IMG/VR virus record: IMGVR_UViG_3300023170_004399
Coordinates: 1-64,000 of that record
Source of the DNA: a virus
Taxonomy: Duplodnaviria > Caudoviricetes
Strand: one strand, 5' to 3'
Length of the DNA stretch: 64,000 nucleotides
In this document: one piece after another, positions 10,057 to 18,697 of the stretch
How the letters are laid out: each line of letters opens with the position of its first letter
Numbering within the stretch: the first letter of the stretch is position 1
Notes under the pieces: model-generated
Databases searched by the model: none
What the model was told of the DNA's origin: nothing
The model's input: the letters and a program-made list of their open reading frames with translations, nothing else
Made by a program: the position numbers and the translations under genes

Positions 10057-10757
10057 AGAATTTAAAAAAATACATTAGAAAAATTATGGAAGGTATGATG
10101 AGCCCACATGATATCAGTAATTTAGATGAACCAGGAGAATATTACACAGATCCAAAGTATGCAGAAAAATTTTTTATTGTGGTCGATGGCATGCAAAATA
10201 AGACCATGCCTTTAAAACCGGCCGGTGAAGCATTTAGAGTAAGTTTAGAAGCTGCGCGTGGAGATGGGTCAGGGCTTGTTCGCATGACTGATCATATAGA
10301 CGTAGAGTATAATCATACGTGTAAGACATACGAAGTCGTTAATGCGTACGCAAAAACGGAAAGCGCTGGTCCATTATTATATGACATTGCAATTGAAATA
10401 GCTGGTGACACTGGGCTTATGTGCGACAGACATACAGTTTCCGCAGAAGCAGAAAACGTTTGGAAAAAATATGTTACAACTAGATATGATGTGACACCAG
10501 CACCACTTCCATGTAAAATGAATCCCAGAGATCACCACAGAAATATTAACTTAGACATTTATCATGATAAAAAGTATGGCTGGTCAAAATACAAATACTT
10601 TAAAATCAATGATATTGGTAAAGCGCATCAACCAATAATAAAAGACTTATTTAGATTAAAAAGAATAAAGGTAGGCACTTATCGACAGGATCCAGAAAAA
10701 TACAGAGAAGAATTTAGAGAAAAATTAGGTTGGCCAGATTTTAGAAAGGAGAAGTAA
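10053..10757 (+). CDS. Leader-tagged GNAT-like paralog 6
   Basis: MKNLKKYIRKIME; AGPLLYDIAIE...LMCDR.TVS.EAENVW. Confidence 0.65.
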   Translation: MKNLKKYIRKIMEGMMSPHDISNLDEPGEYYTDPKYAEKFFIVVDGMQNKTMPLKPAGEAFRVSLEAARGDGSGLVRMTDHIDVEYNHTCKTYEVVNAYAKTESAGPLLYDIAIEIAGDTGLMCDRHTVSAEAENVWKKYVTTRYDVTPAPLPCKMNPRDHHRNINLDIYHDKKYGWSKYKYFKINDIGKAHQPIIKDLFRLKRIKVGTYRQDPEKYREEFREKLGWPDFRKEK

Positions 10758-10758
10758 A

Positions 10759-11499
10759 ATGTTAAGAAAATATATTAGAAAAATTATTAGCGAAGGTCCA
10801 GGCGTCACTAGAAGCATGGCAAAACAATCATCACGTTATAAAAAAATTGCACCAGGCGTATCATCACAAAACTTTCAAAAACTTGCAAATTTGGCAGATG
10901 ACAACATAGAACAAGCACTAGCATTAGGTGACACGTTAGACCAGAATTATGAAAAAGTTTTCTTTTTAGATAATGAAAAGATTGAGAAAATTTTAATCGA
11001 TCGTCTAAAAAATTTAGGGCTTGTACATTATGAAAACAACACCTCTACGTTTCAAAACCCCAGGCGTTTTAAAAAAGGCGAAATAAGATTTTATGTAGAC
11101 TTTGATTCTGATTTTTTTACCAACATTTCCGTCGTCATGCATTGTCGTGGTTGGAAAGCTAATTTTAATTTTGATTTAATTAATTTTAAAAATAAAGCTC
11201 TTGGCGGAACACACGGCGTTGGGTACAGTAATCCTGACAATTGGCGTATGAGACCTATTATTCATCAGCAAATAGTTACTTTTTATAAAGATTATTATGA
11301 TAAAAATAATAATTTAAGATCATGGTGGAAAAACATACCTAAAGAAGAGTATGATATTGAATCTGCAATGATGAAAGCTATTGGTCAATCTGACCCTTTT
11401 GAAGAATATGAGTTAACTTTAGATAATATATTTATGATGTGTCAGCAGTTCTTAGAAGCAACCAAAAAAATGGCTACGCAAATAGAGCACATAAAGTAA
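10759..11499 (+). CDS. Leader-tagged hypothetical protein
   Basis: MLRKYIRKIISE; no recognised domain. Confidence 0.6.
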   Translation: MLRKYIRKIISEGPGVTRSMAKQSSRYKKIAPGVSSQNFQKLANLADDNIEQALALGDTLDQNYEKVFFLDNEKIEKILIDRLKNLGLVHYENNTSTFQNPRRFKKGEIRFYVDFDSDFFTNISVVMHCRGWKANFNFDLINFKNKALGGTHGVGYSNPDNWRMRPIIHQQIVTFYKDYYDKNNNLRSWWKNIPKEEYDIESAMMKAIGQSDPFEEYELTLDNIFMMCQQFLEATKKMATQIEHIK

Positions 11500-11510
11500 A
11501 GAGTATAAAA

Positions 11511-12356
11511 ATGTTACGACAATATATAGAAAAAATTATTAATGAAAGCAACTCAGTTTTTGGTGATTATTTTAATGCTGAAGAATTCCATGAGCTTTTT
11601 GATAATATGCCATATGAAAAAAATACTGAAGCTGAACAGGAATTTATTGTTAGCCTTCATGAATATGTAGTGCTTCACAAGGAAGAATCACTGCATGCTT
11701 GGGTAAAAAAATATTTCAAAGGTCCGCAAACTTTTACTAGTACGAAATTGTTAAATTTGTTAACAAACTATGATCATTATTATCGTGGATTAACATTAAG
11801 CCCTAAAGCAGTAGGAGAATTCCTAAGTAAAAACACAAAGTATTTTCGGCCATCATGTCGAAATATTTTCACAGACAACCAAGCAGATAATTGGTTAATA
11901 TTTACAGGTAATTTTGACTATCAACCGCAAGGAGAAGTCGATAGCTGGTCAGCACACTTGTCTTCAGTACTAAAGTTTTCAAAACAATACAATGTCCAGA
12001 TCACTGGGGAGGCTAATGAGGTGCCAGTTATTTTTTGGCACAAAAGGGAAAACGATCCAAAAGTGTTTTTTAATGTTGATTTAGTTTCTAGAATAGCACA
12101 AGAACTTTGGGAAAGAGGCAAAATGGGCATCGACAGTGGCAATACATTGTTTAACCCTTGGGGTTCGGAAAAAGAGTCATTATTGATCGGCAAAGATAGC
12201 GTTCTTTGTGTTGGTATAATGATATATAAACCTGTGTTTTTTGATGACCTACAGTGGAAACAAGTGCGAAAACAAATACTAGTGGGGATGAGACAAAGTA
12301 GACGCGGGCCCGGAGAAATCAAACAGTTTGTGAAAAATATCGAAAAATTTAAATAA
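11511..12356 (+). CDS. Leader-tagged R-S-E-type ADP-ribosyltransferase-like protein
   Basis: Start moved to MLRQYIEKIINE at 11511; YYRGL, DSWS...SVLKF, GSEKESLL. Confidence 0.6.
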   Translation: MLRQYIEKIINESNSVFGDYFNAEEFHELFDNMPYEKNTEAEQEFIVSLHEYVVLHKEESLHAWVKKYFKGPQTFTSTKLLNLLTNYDHYYRGLTLSPKAVGEFLSKNTKYFRPSCRNIFTDNQADNWLIFTGNFDYQPQGEVDSWSAHLSSVLKFSKQYNVQITGEANEVPVIFWHKRENDPKVFFNVDLVSRIAQELWERGKMGIDSGNTLFNPWGSEKESLLIGKDSVLCVGIMIYKPVFFDDLQWKQVRKQILVGMRQSRRGPGEIKQFVKNIEKFK

Positions 12357-12408
12357 TAAAGAGTTGCAAAATGGTTTTTAAAAAATATAAAAACGCCAGG
12401 AAGAAACA

Positions 12409-12933
12409 ATGATTAAAAAATATATAAGAAAAGTTATACAGGAATCAAACATCAAACAAAGAGAAAAGTTTCTCATCGATGAAATGATAAGAAAAAGCAT
12501 ACAAAAATTGCTCAGCACAGACACTAGTGTAACCAGATTTTTATATGCACTTAAACTCGCCAAAATAAAAAACATAAAAGCCAGCGCATCAACAAGCCTC
12601 TATTACAATAATTTAAAATACAGCGAACAAGAAACACTAAAAGATAACTTAACAAAAGAAATAGTAAAACACTCAGAATTCTTTAAAAGAATTCTCACAA
12701 AAGAATATAACAAGATACTAAACAGAGATGCAGGCTTCGAAGCAGCAAACGAAGTCGGCGCAATATATGGTCAACCTGCGTCCAACGACATGGATTCTCA
12801 CACTGCACGCGGATATGGCATGATACCTCAGCATGTATTCGATGAACACGTCAGAAAACGTACAGCTGCAGCACAGAATAGAATTCAACACGAAGCAGAT
12901 AAATTCGCCAAAAAATATGGGTTATTTGAATAA
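12409..12933 (+). CDS. Leader-tagged hypothetical protein, tandem paralog of the next ORF
   Basis: MIKKYIRKVIQE; EQETLKDNLT.EI..HS.F shared with 12933-13469. Confidence 0.6.
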   Translation: MIKKYIRKVIQESNIKQREKFLIDEMIRKSIQKLLSTDTSVTRFLYALKLAKIKNIKASASTSLYYNNLKYSEQETLKDNLTKEIVKHSEFFKRILTKEYNKILNRDAGFEAANEVGAIYGQPASNDMDSHTARGYGMIPQHVFDEHVRKRTAAAQNRIQHEADKFAKKYGLFE

Positions 12934-13469
12934 TGATTAGAAAATATATACAAAACATCATATCAGAATCTATAGAAGACATTGAATCTAAAAGAGAAAC
13001 AACACTCGTTAATATGATCAAACAAAGCCTAGGCGAAAAATTGCTTAAAAATAAATTACACCAAGAAAAATTCTTGTTCGCAATAAAAACACTCACATCC
13101 TTCAAATATGATACCGAAAACCTAATATTGCAAATATATACACATCTAAAATTAATCGAACAAGAAACACTAAAAGAAAACCTTACACAAGATATCCTCG
13201 ATCACTCAGACTTCCTCCAATGGCACGCCAAAAATTACTACCAATCATGGCAACAAAAATCACCAGCAGAAATGGCAATGAAAATACAAAAACAACGCCG
13301 CGGTATGCCAGCACCTTCCGATATGCCCGAAAGCACCGTACGCCATTACGGAATGCTCTACTGGGATGAATGGCAAGCAGAATCTGAACAACTCATACCC
13401 GAAGCACAAGATACCATCAACAATAAACTTCACCAACTAAAAACTCAATACGGAGAACATGTACCATGA
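12933..13469 (+). CDS. Leader-tagged hypothetical protein, tandem paralog of the previous ORF
   Basis: MIRKYIQNIISE; EQETLKENLT.DI..HS.F. Confidence 0.6.
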   Translation: MIRKYIQNIISESIEDIESKRETTLVNMIKQSLGEKLLKNKLHQEKFLFAIKTLTSFKYDTENLILQIYTHLKLIEQETLKENLTQDILDHSDFLQWHAKNYYQSWQQKSPAEMAMKIQKQRRGMPAPSDMPESTVRHYGMLYWDEWQAESEQLIPEAQDTINNKLHQLKTQYGEHVP

Positions 13470-14929
13470 TAAGACAATACATACAAAAAATAATATTAGA
13501 AAGATCAGAAAATGTTTATAAATCAATATTTGATGACATAAACGACTATTTTTCAACGCTAAAATTCACACCAGAAAAAATAGATAAATTAGTCAAAAAC
13601 AAACCTGAGCTCGAGAAAAAAGCGGACAAATATAAAAAGATAGTCAAAAGAAAACTAAATAAAATACTTGACCAATACAACATGTCAGAACAAGATATGC
13701 GTAGCGTCATAGCAGTAGGCGAATCAAAAGGCGGAACAACAGAAACCGTCTTAAGTGCCCTTCAAATGTTATATGATAAAGAAAGCGGATCAGGCTTCGA
13801 ACGCGCAGAAACCACTGGGAGAAGCAAATTTGCTAAAAGATTCGACCAAATATTACAAAACGCGTGGAAAGAAGAGGCAAATAAACACCCTGAATTCTGG
13901 GAATCATTCGAAACATGGCACGGAATAAATGCATTTAAAGAAGGGAAAGAATCCAGAGAACCTAAAGCACTAATAAAAGCATTCATCGATATCATGACCG
14001 GCCAATACTGGAAAACAAGCTCAGACGACTTCTCAACCTATGGATGGGACGGAACTAAAAACCAAACATCCAAAACAAAAGTAAATCCCGGAATAATGCA
14101 AATAACAAACAACCTCTCGCCAATAAAACAAGTAATATGCGTTAAAATAAAAGGAGATATCAAATTCGCCGGAAGTCATGACATACTAACACAATGGACA
14201 CAACTCGCAAAAGAAAAAGACGCCGACTTCCAAAAGTTTGCCGACTTCTCAACCCTAATGCGGAAAGGCGGCATTAAAGGACTTATAACAGGACCAGACG
14301 ATAAACTCCTCCACGGTGCCGACCCATATAATGAAATAGTAGTAGACAACTGGAAACTAGATAACTACATCATCCTGCCACCCAGCATCATCAACAAATT
14401 CCAATTTGATAAACGGGAACTCTCAATTATGAACGCCATAATCGAAGTAAACAAAATGTCCAATAACATTAATGACTTTATACTCAACCAATATAAACAC
14501 GTCGGCCCACAAACCCAATACAAACGAACAGGAATCGCAAACAAATTAATATTTGACTTCAATGCACTACTAAGCCAAACCTCACAAGACAATAGCAAAG
14601 CAGAAGAAAGATATCGCCTGCTCAAACAATCATTTAAAGAAATAGACTACCTATTAACATTCACCCAATACTTGCAACCATTCAACGTGTTCGACCAAAG
14701 TAACAACAACATTACACAAAATATCCAAAAATTCAGACGCACCATGCAAATAATAAACCACATGTCCAAAAAAGTAATCTATGAAAGTCATACGATAGAC
14801 AAAGATATCATAGCCGCCATAGCCATGTCAGGTAATGGCACCCCTCTAGCATGGAAAAACCACCAAAAAACAGCCAAAAACATTGAGATGGTAAAATATT
14901 ACAACGTCGACGACGTCGTCCCATTCTAA
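13466..14929 (+). CDS. Leader-tagged protein, domain shared with 2988-4160
   Basis: MIRQYIQKIILE; TWHG, CVKIKGDIKFAG..D, NEIVVDNW. Confidence 0.55.
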   Translation: MIRQYIQKIILERSENVYKSIFDDINDYFSTLKFTPEKIDKLVKNKPELEKKADKYKKIVKRKLNKILDQYNMSEQDMRSVIAVGESKGGTTETVLSALQMLYDKESGSGFERAETTGRSKFAKRFDQILQNAWKEEANKHPEFWESFETWHGINAFKEGKESREPKALIKAFIDIMTGQYWKTSSDDFSTYGWDGTKNQTSKTKVNPGIMQITNNLSPIKQVICVKIKGDIKFAGSHDILTQWTQLAKEKDADFQKFADFSTLMRKGGIKGLITGPDDKLLHGADPYNEIVVDNWKLDNYIILPPSIINKFQFDKRELSIMNAIIEVNKMSNNINDFILNQYKHVGPQTQYKRTGIANKLIFDFNALLSQTSQDNSKAEERYRLLKQSFKEIDYLLTFTQYLQPFNVFDQSNNNITQNIQKFRRTMQIINHMSKKVIYESHTIDKDIIAAIAMSGNGTPLAWKNHQKTAKNIEMVKYYNVDDVVPF

Positions 14930-15188
14930 TTACCAACACCCATCACCATAAACCATCATCTCTGGCCAAACTACCAAATACCAGCAACCCGGATAGACAC
15001 CATTTCATACCATAAACCACAGTATACTGTACACCAGGTAATGCTGACACTGAATACGAGTGCTTATACGGGTACCGTACCTTTAAGGCCCTCTCGCACA
15101 TCCTGACTAATCTATCGTCAATCCATCCTCACGCCGTCTGGAGTCTACCCTCTCCGCGGAAAAAAGAATTATTTTTTTACAGTGTTTT

Positions 15189-15217
15189 TTGCAAAATCTC
15201 CAGTAACCGGTTATATT
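15189..15217 (+). promoter_or_regulatory. sigma70-type early promoter
   Basis: TTGCAA-N17-TATATT; same pattern at 53319, 53839, 55262. Confidence 0.7.
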
Positions 15218-15246
15218 ATATATGTAATCAAACACAGGAGAACACT

Positions 15247-15342
15247 ATGCAGCTTTTTATACTACTTTGCCTTTGGTTAGGGATGTTCACGCTTTTCGGC
15301 CTCATGCTTTTTATGCTCACGTTAACCCGCCCGCCAGAATAA
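15247..15342 (+). CDS. 31-aa hydrophobic membrane peptide (not in the ORF track)
   Basis: AGGAGAACACT-ATG; MQLFILLCLWLGMFTLFGLMLFMLTLTRPPE. Confidence 0.55.
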   Translation: MQLFILLCLWLGMFTLFGLMLFMLTLTRPPE

Positions 15343-15415
15343 TTGCACACGAATTCATCACCATCACCACGGAGGTTTGGTCCCTCCGGCCCCGAATACT
15401 TACAAGGAGAAACTT

Positions 15416-15820
15416 ATGACTAAAAAAACTATACCATACGATTATCTAGCCGATCACAGTGTTACCGATTTGCAAAGACTTCTAGAAAATGCAGATATGT
15501 TTACACCGGAAACCGTCGCCAATATTGAAAAGCTTTTAGCCGCTGGTCCGGAAAAATGTCTTATATCCAGAATAGTCGAGTGCACCTATAATGTCAAGCC
15601 TATGGATATAGATGTCGAATTCGTTGAAGGTCTTATTGCGCAAGTAAATATGTATGAGACATTGGCATTCGAGTACTCATACATTCTAGAAGAAGCAGAA
15701 GTCATTCTAGACAATGCGCGTAATATTCAAGAAGCCGAAGAGAATGAATGGGAATACGCCATCAATAATCCGGACCACCCAAGATACAAGGAATTGCGGG
15801 AAGAATTTAACGCAAAATAA
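15416..15820 (+). CDS. Hypothetical early protein
   Basis: AAGGAG upstream of ATG at 15416; acidic helical product. Confidence 0.6.
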   Translation: MTKKTIPYDYLADHSVTDLQRLLENADMFTPETVANIEKLLAAGPEKCLISRIVECTYNVKPMDIDVEFVEGLIAQVNMYETLAFEYSYILEEAEVILDNARNIQEAEENEWEYAINNPDHPRYKELREEFNAK

Positions 15821-15832
15821 TCCCAGTAAATT

Positions 15833-15861
15833 TTGTAAATTTAATCTTAACGAATTATAAT
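15833..15861 (+). promoter_or_regulatory. sigma70-type promoter of the radA-like gene
   Basis: TTGTAA-N17-TATAAT. Confidence 0.75.
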
Positions 15862-15908
15862 ATATATACCAATTAAACATACTTATTAACCTACCTATTG
15901 GAGCACAT

Positions 15909-16649
15909 ATGAAACTCAATATTAACAGTCACGATATCCCATTCGGTACCGATATTCTTAACATTACAGTACCTCCCGCTTTACGCCAACGCCATCAAAC
16001 CGGTTTGCATTATGTCGACGGTGTCATGGGTGGACGCGGCTTTACTCCTTCAACAGTTACCATCTTCACAGGAGAACCCGGAGCTGGTAAAACTACTATG
16101 GCATTATCCCTTTGTAACGGACTTACCGGCCAAGGTCATATCGCAGTATTCAATACCGCGGAAGAAAGCTTGCATCAAATCAGTCTCACCACAGAACGAT
16201 TAGGTCTTAAGCACGGTTTCCTTACCGGTAATACAGATTGCTTAGACGATTTAATCGATGGTCTCCGCGAAATCCAATCAGCCAATCCTAAGAAACAGCT
16301 GTTCTTTATCGTTGACTCCCTACAATGTATGCACTATATGCACCCTAAGTTTGGACGCTATCATTCAGCAACTGGCGCATTGGAGATGATAACCAACTTC
16401 TGTAAGGAAACCAATGCTATAGCTATCATCATTAACCAAGTCAATAAGTCTGGTAAAATGGCGGGTAGCAATAAACTCAAGCATATGGTAGACTGTCATC
16501 TTCATCTCAGCATAGAACAACGTGACCCTGATTTGCTAGGCTGTCGTGTACTTACCGCTGAGAAAAATAGATTTGGCGGATGCGGCCACTTAGTATTCCT
16601 CGATATGGCGGAAGAAGGTTTTAAACTAGTCGGTACATTTAAAAAATAA
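15909..16649 (+). CDS. radA: RadA/Sms-like RecA-fold ATPase (ATPase domain only)
   Basis: GEPGAGKTT Walker A, IVDSLQ Walker B, K.G..AGS..LKHMVD, KNRFG; no C4 zinc finger or Lon-like C-domain. Confidence 0.8.
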   Translation: MKLNINSHDIPFGTDILNITVPPALRQRHQTGLHYVDGVMGGRGFTPSTVTIFTGEPGAGKTTMALSLCNGLTGQGHIAVFNTAEESLHQISLTTERLGLKHGFLTGNTDCLDDLIDGLREIQSANPKKQLFFIVDSLQCMHYMHPKFGRYHSATGALEMITNFCKETNAIAIIINQVNKSGKMAGSNKLKHMVDCHLHLSIEQRDPDLLGCRVLTAEKNRFGGCGHLVFLDMAEEGFKLVGTFKK

Positions 16650-16666
16650 ATCACGGAGTTAACACT

Positions 16667-16825
16667 ATGCGTACGTACGAAATAACATATATCATCGATG
16701 AGGATTACAACCGTATTGGTAAGACAGTCCTACAAGCAAAGGATGCACAACTAGCATGCCTCATGTTTCAAAGGTCTCATCCAAAGTCTCACTGGATTAC
16801 GGAAGTTAATCGATTAGATTCATAA
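16667..16825 (+). CDS. 52-aa hypothetical protein (not in the ORF track)
   Basis: GGAGTTAACACT-ATG, same initiation context as 15247; MRTYEITYIIDEDYNRIGKTVLQAKDAQLAC... Confidence 0.55.
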   Translation: MRTYEITYIIDEDYNRIGKTVLQAKDAQLACLMFQRSHPKSHWITEVNRLDS

Positions 16826-16833
16826 GCCAGGAC

Positions 16834-16959
16834 GGGCCAGCCCAGCCTAGGCTCCCATATATGTCTATAGGGCCCGCCAGAAGGGCCCTTTTTTATGCCC
16901 GAAATGGGCCAGCCCTAAAAGGCCCATAAATATGCTAAAAAGGCCTGGCCCTAATGGCC
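16834..16959. repeat. GC-rich element with eight GGCC and two GGGCCAGCCC copies
   Basis: GGGCCAGCCC at 16834 and 16906; GGCC at 16835, 16871, 16884, 16907, 16921, 16942, 16947, 16956. Confidence 0.8.
16869..16894 (+). terminator. Rho-independent terminator
   Basis: AGGGCCC-GCCAGAA-GGGCCCT followed by a T run. Confidence 0.75.
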
Positions 16960-17116
16960 CCCGTGGTGTCGCTGTGTGGCGCTTTCTGGGTGGAGGTGGG
17001 TTAAGGTAGTGTTCAAATTTTCCGGGGGGAGATTTTTTGACTATGGGTACTGTTTTTCCTGAGCGAACGTATAATTAAGATATATCATACCTTTCAAAAA
17101 TTCCCGGGAGAAAATT

Positions 17117-17572
17117 ATGAGAATATCTAAAAGACAATTGAGACAAATTATACGAGAAGAATATACGCGGTTAAAAGTGCGTAAAATGCTTAACGAAGCC
17201 ACTGGCGGTTACATGCAAAGTGATATGTACGTGAGTGATATTGCTGATTCGTTGATCCAATGGATGGATTATTTCTTACACCATGAAAATGAACCCGGGT
17301 ATGATATGTACGGAGATTACAAAAGTCTAGAAGAAGTTGCTGAGTGGGCACGAGAAATCGCAAATTCAAGAAAATATGGGCTTGATAAAAGTAAATTACG
17401 TGGCGAAGTTGAGAAGGAAATTAAGAAGAGACTTAATAACCTAGAAAGAGAGGAGTACCGCGCTTGGTCTGATAAAGACAAAGAAGCTCAGATCGGTAAA
17501 GAGATAGGCGAATATAAAAGCATATTGGACATGTATGATGAATTAGAAGATATGATATTTGGGGGGATTTAA
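17117..17572 (+). CDS. Leader-tagged (class B) hypothetical protein
   Basis: MRISKRQLRQIIREEYTRLKVRKMLNE. Confidence 0.65.
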   Translation: MRISKRQLRQIIREEYTRLKVRKMLNEATGGYMQSDMYVSDIADSLIQWMDYFLHHENEPGYDMYGDYKSLEEVAEWAREIANSRKYGLDKSKLRGEVEKEIKKRLNNLEREEYRAWSDKDKEAQIGKEIGEYKSILDMYDELEDMIFGGI

Positions 17573-17574
17573 TT

Positions 17575-17994
17575 ATGAGAATATCCAAAAGGCAATTGAG
17601 ACGAATTATAAAAGAGGAGTATACACGTTTGCGTATACGTAAAATGCTAAATGAAGATATGCGTAACATGACGCCATACGAAGAAGCAAGAAAGCGATTT
17701 GATAGCTTGGCTAAACTGCATGCAGCTCATGGCGGTGCTCCGCGAATGTATCACGTATATTCCGGTTATCTTCAGGTTTTGCAAGATGGGAGACCACCTA
17801 AGAATCTCTCACCGTACGAAAAGGACATGTTAAGTGGAAGTGTTTCCAAAGCTATTGAAAATTTAAGTGGAATGAAAGAATATCTATCACAGCTGGGTGG
17901 ACTAGATGGTGAAGTAGGTGAAGTAAAACAGGCGGAAAGTTTGTTACGGATGGCCCGTATGTACAAAGCTTTGTTAGAAGGTCCACGTAGATAA
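17575..17994 (+). CDS. Leader-tagged (class B) hypothetical protein
   Basis: MRISKRQLRRIIKEEYTRLRIRKMLNE; body unrelated to the previous ORF. Confidence 0.65.
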   Translation: MRISKRQLRRIIKEEYTRLRIRKMLNEDMRNMTPYEEARKRFDSLAKLHAAHGGAPRMYHVYSGYLQVLQDGRPPKNLSPYEKDMLSGSVSKAIENLSGMKEYLSQLGGLDGEVGEVKQAESLLRMARMYKALLEGPRR

Positions 17995-18020
17995 CTACAT
18001 GCATGTACAAAGGTTATATT

Positions 18021-18335
18021 ATGAAAATATCTAAAAAGCGGTTGAGACGAATAATAAGAGAGCATATAGCTGGCGCGGAATCTATAGGCGAAGAAAAATA
18101 TGAGAGACGGAGAAAGGCTATAAGCAAGAGTGATGCTAAAATGGCTTCTGATGTTGGCAAGTTATTAAGCAGAGAGGATATTGCGAATATAGCTATTAAT
18201 TTCATGTTAATGGAACTGGAGACCGGGTTTGACAAGTCTATCCAGGATATGGTTAATTGGACATGTGAATCCCGGGGTATATCAGAAAAACGGTTACATC
18301 GGTGGTTGGAAAAGCAACCCGGCGGTAATAGATAG
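18021..18335 (+). CDS. Leader-tagged (class B) hypothetical protein
   Basis: Start moved to MKISKKRLRRIIRE at 18021. Confidence 0.6.
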   Translation: MKISKKRLRRIIREHIAGAESIGEEKYERRRKAISKSDAKMASDVGKLLSREDIANIAINFMLMELETGFDKSIQDMVNWTCESRGISEKRLHRWLEKQPGGNR

Positions 18336-18352
18336 ATAAGCGGGGGGAATGT

Positions 18353-18697
18353 ATGAAAATTACAAAAAGACAGTTGAAAAAAATTATCCGAGAAGAGTAT
18401 GCGCGCCGCGCAGCGCGGGTACATAGTATTAATGAGAGTGCTTTCGATGATGTTTGGTTGGATTGTGTAGAACAGTTGGAAGCTATGGCAAGTAAGAATG
18501 GTTATGTTTGTTGTCATTGTGCCGGGCAGGTTTACAAACAGCTTTTTGGTGAGGAGGCTGATATGGAAACTTGTGTTTCATTAATTCAGGATTGTATATC
18601 AGCTGGTATTTTAATGCCTAGGCGTCATCCGGATCCAAAGATGAGAGATATAACTGTTTATGGACCAACACCGCCTCGAGGGACTATATATGAATAG
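18353..18697 (+). CDS. Leader-tagged (class B) Cys-rich hypothetical protein
   Basis: MKITKRQLKKIIREEY...SINE; VCCHC. Confidence 0.6.
   Translation: MKITKRQLKKIIREEYARRAARVHSINESAFDDVWLDCVEQLEAMASKNGYVCCHCAGQVYKQLFGEEADMETCVSLIQDCISAGILMPRRHPDPKMRDITVYGPTPPRGTIYE

Larger units (their letters stand above)
14930..17116. other. Island at a strand-composition switch; candidate bidirectional replication origin region
   Basis: Plus strand visibly C/A-rich from about 12.4 kb to 15 kb and G/T-rich from about 16.96 kb onward; two long non-coding stretches (14930-15246, 16826-17116). Confidence 0.45.

Noticed and set aside
12364-12392. TTGCAA resembling the early promoter -35
   Set aside because: No -10 element at 17-bp spacing
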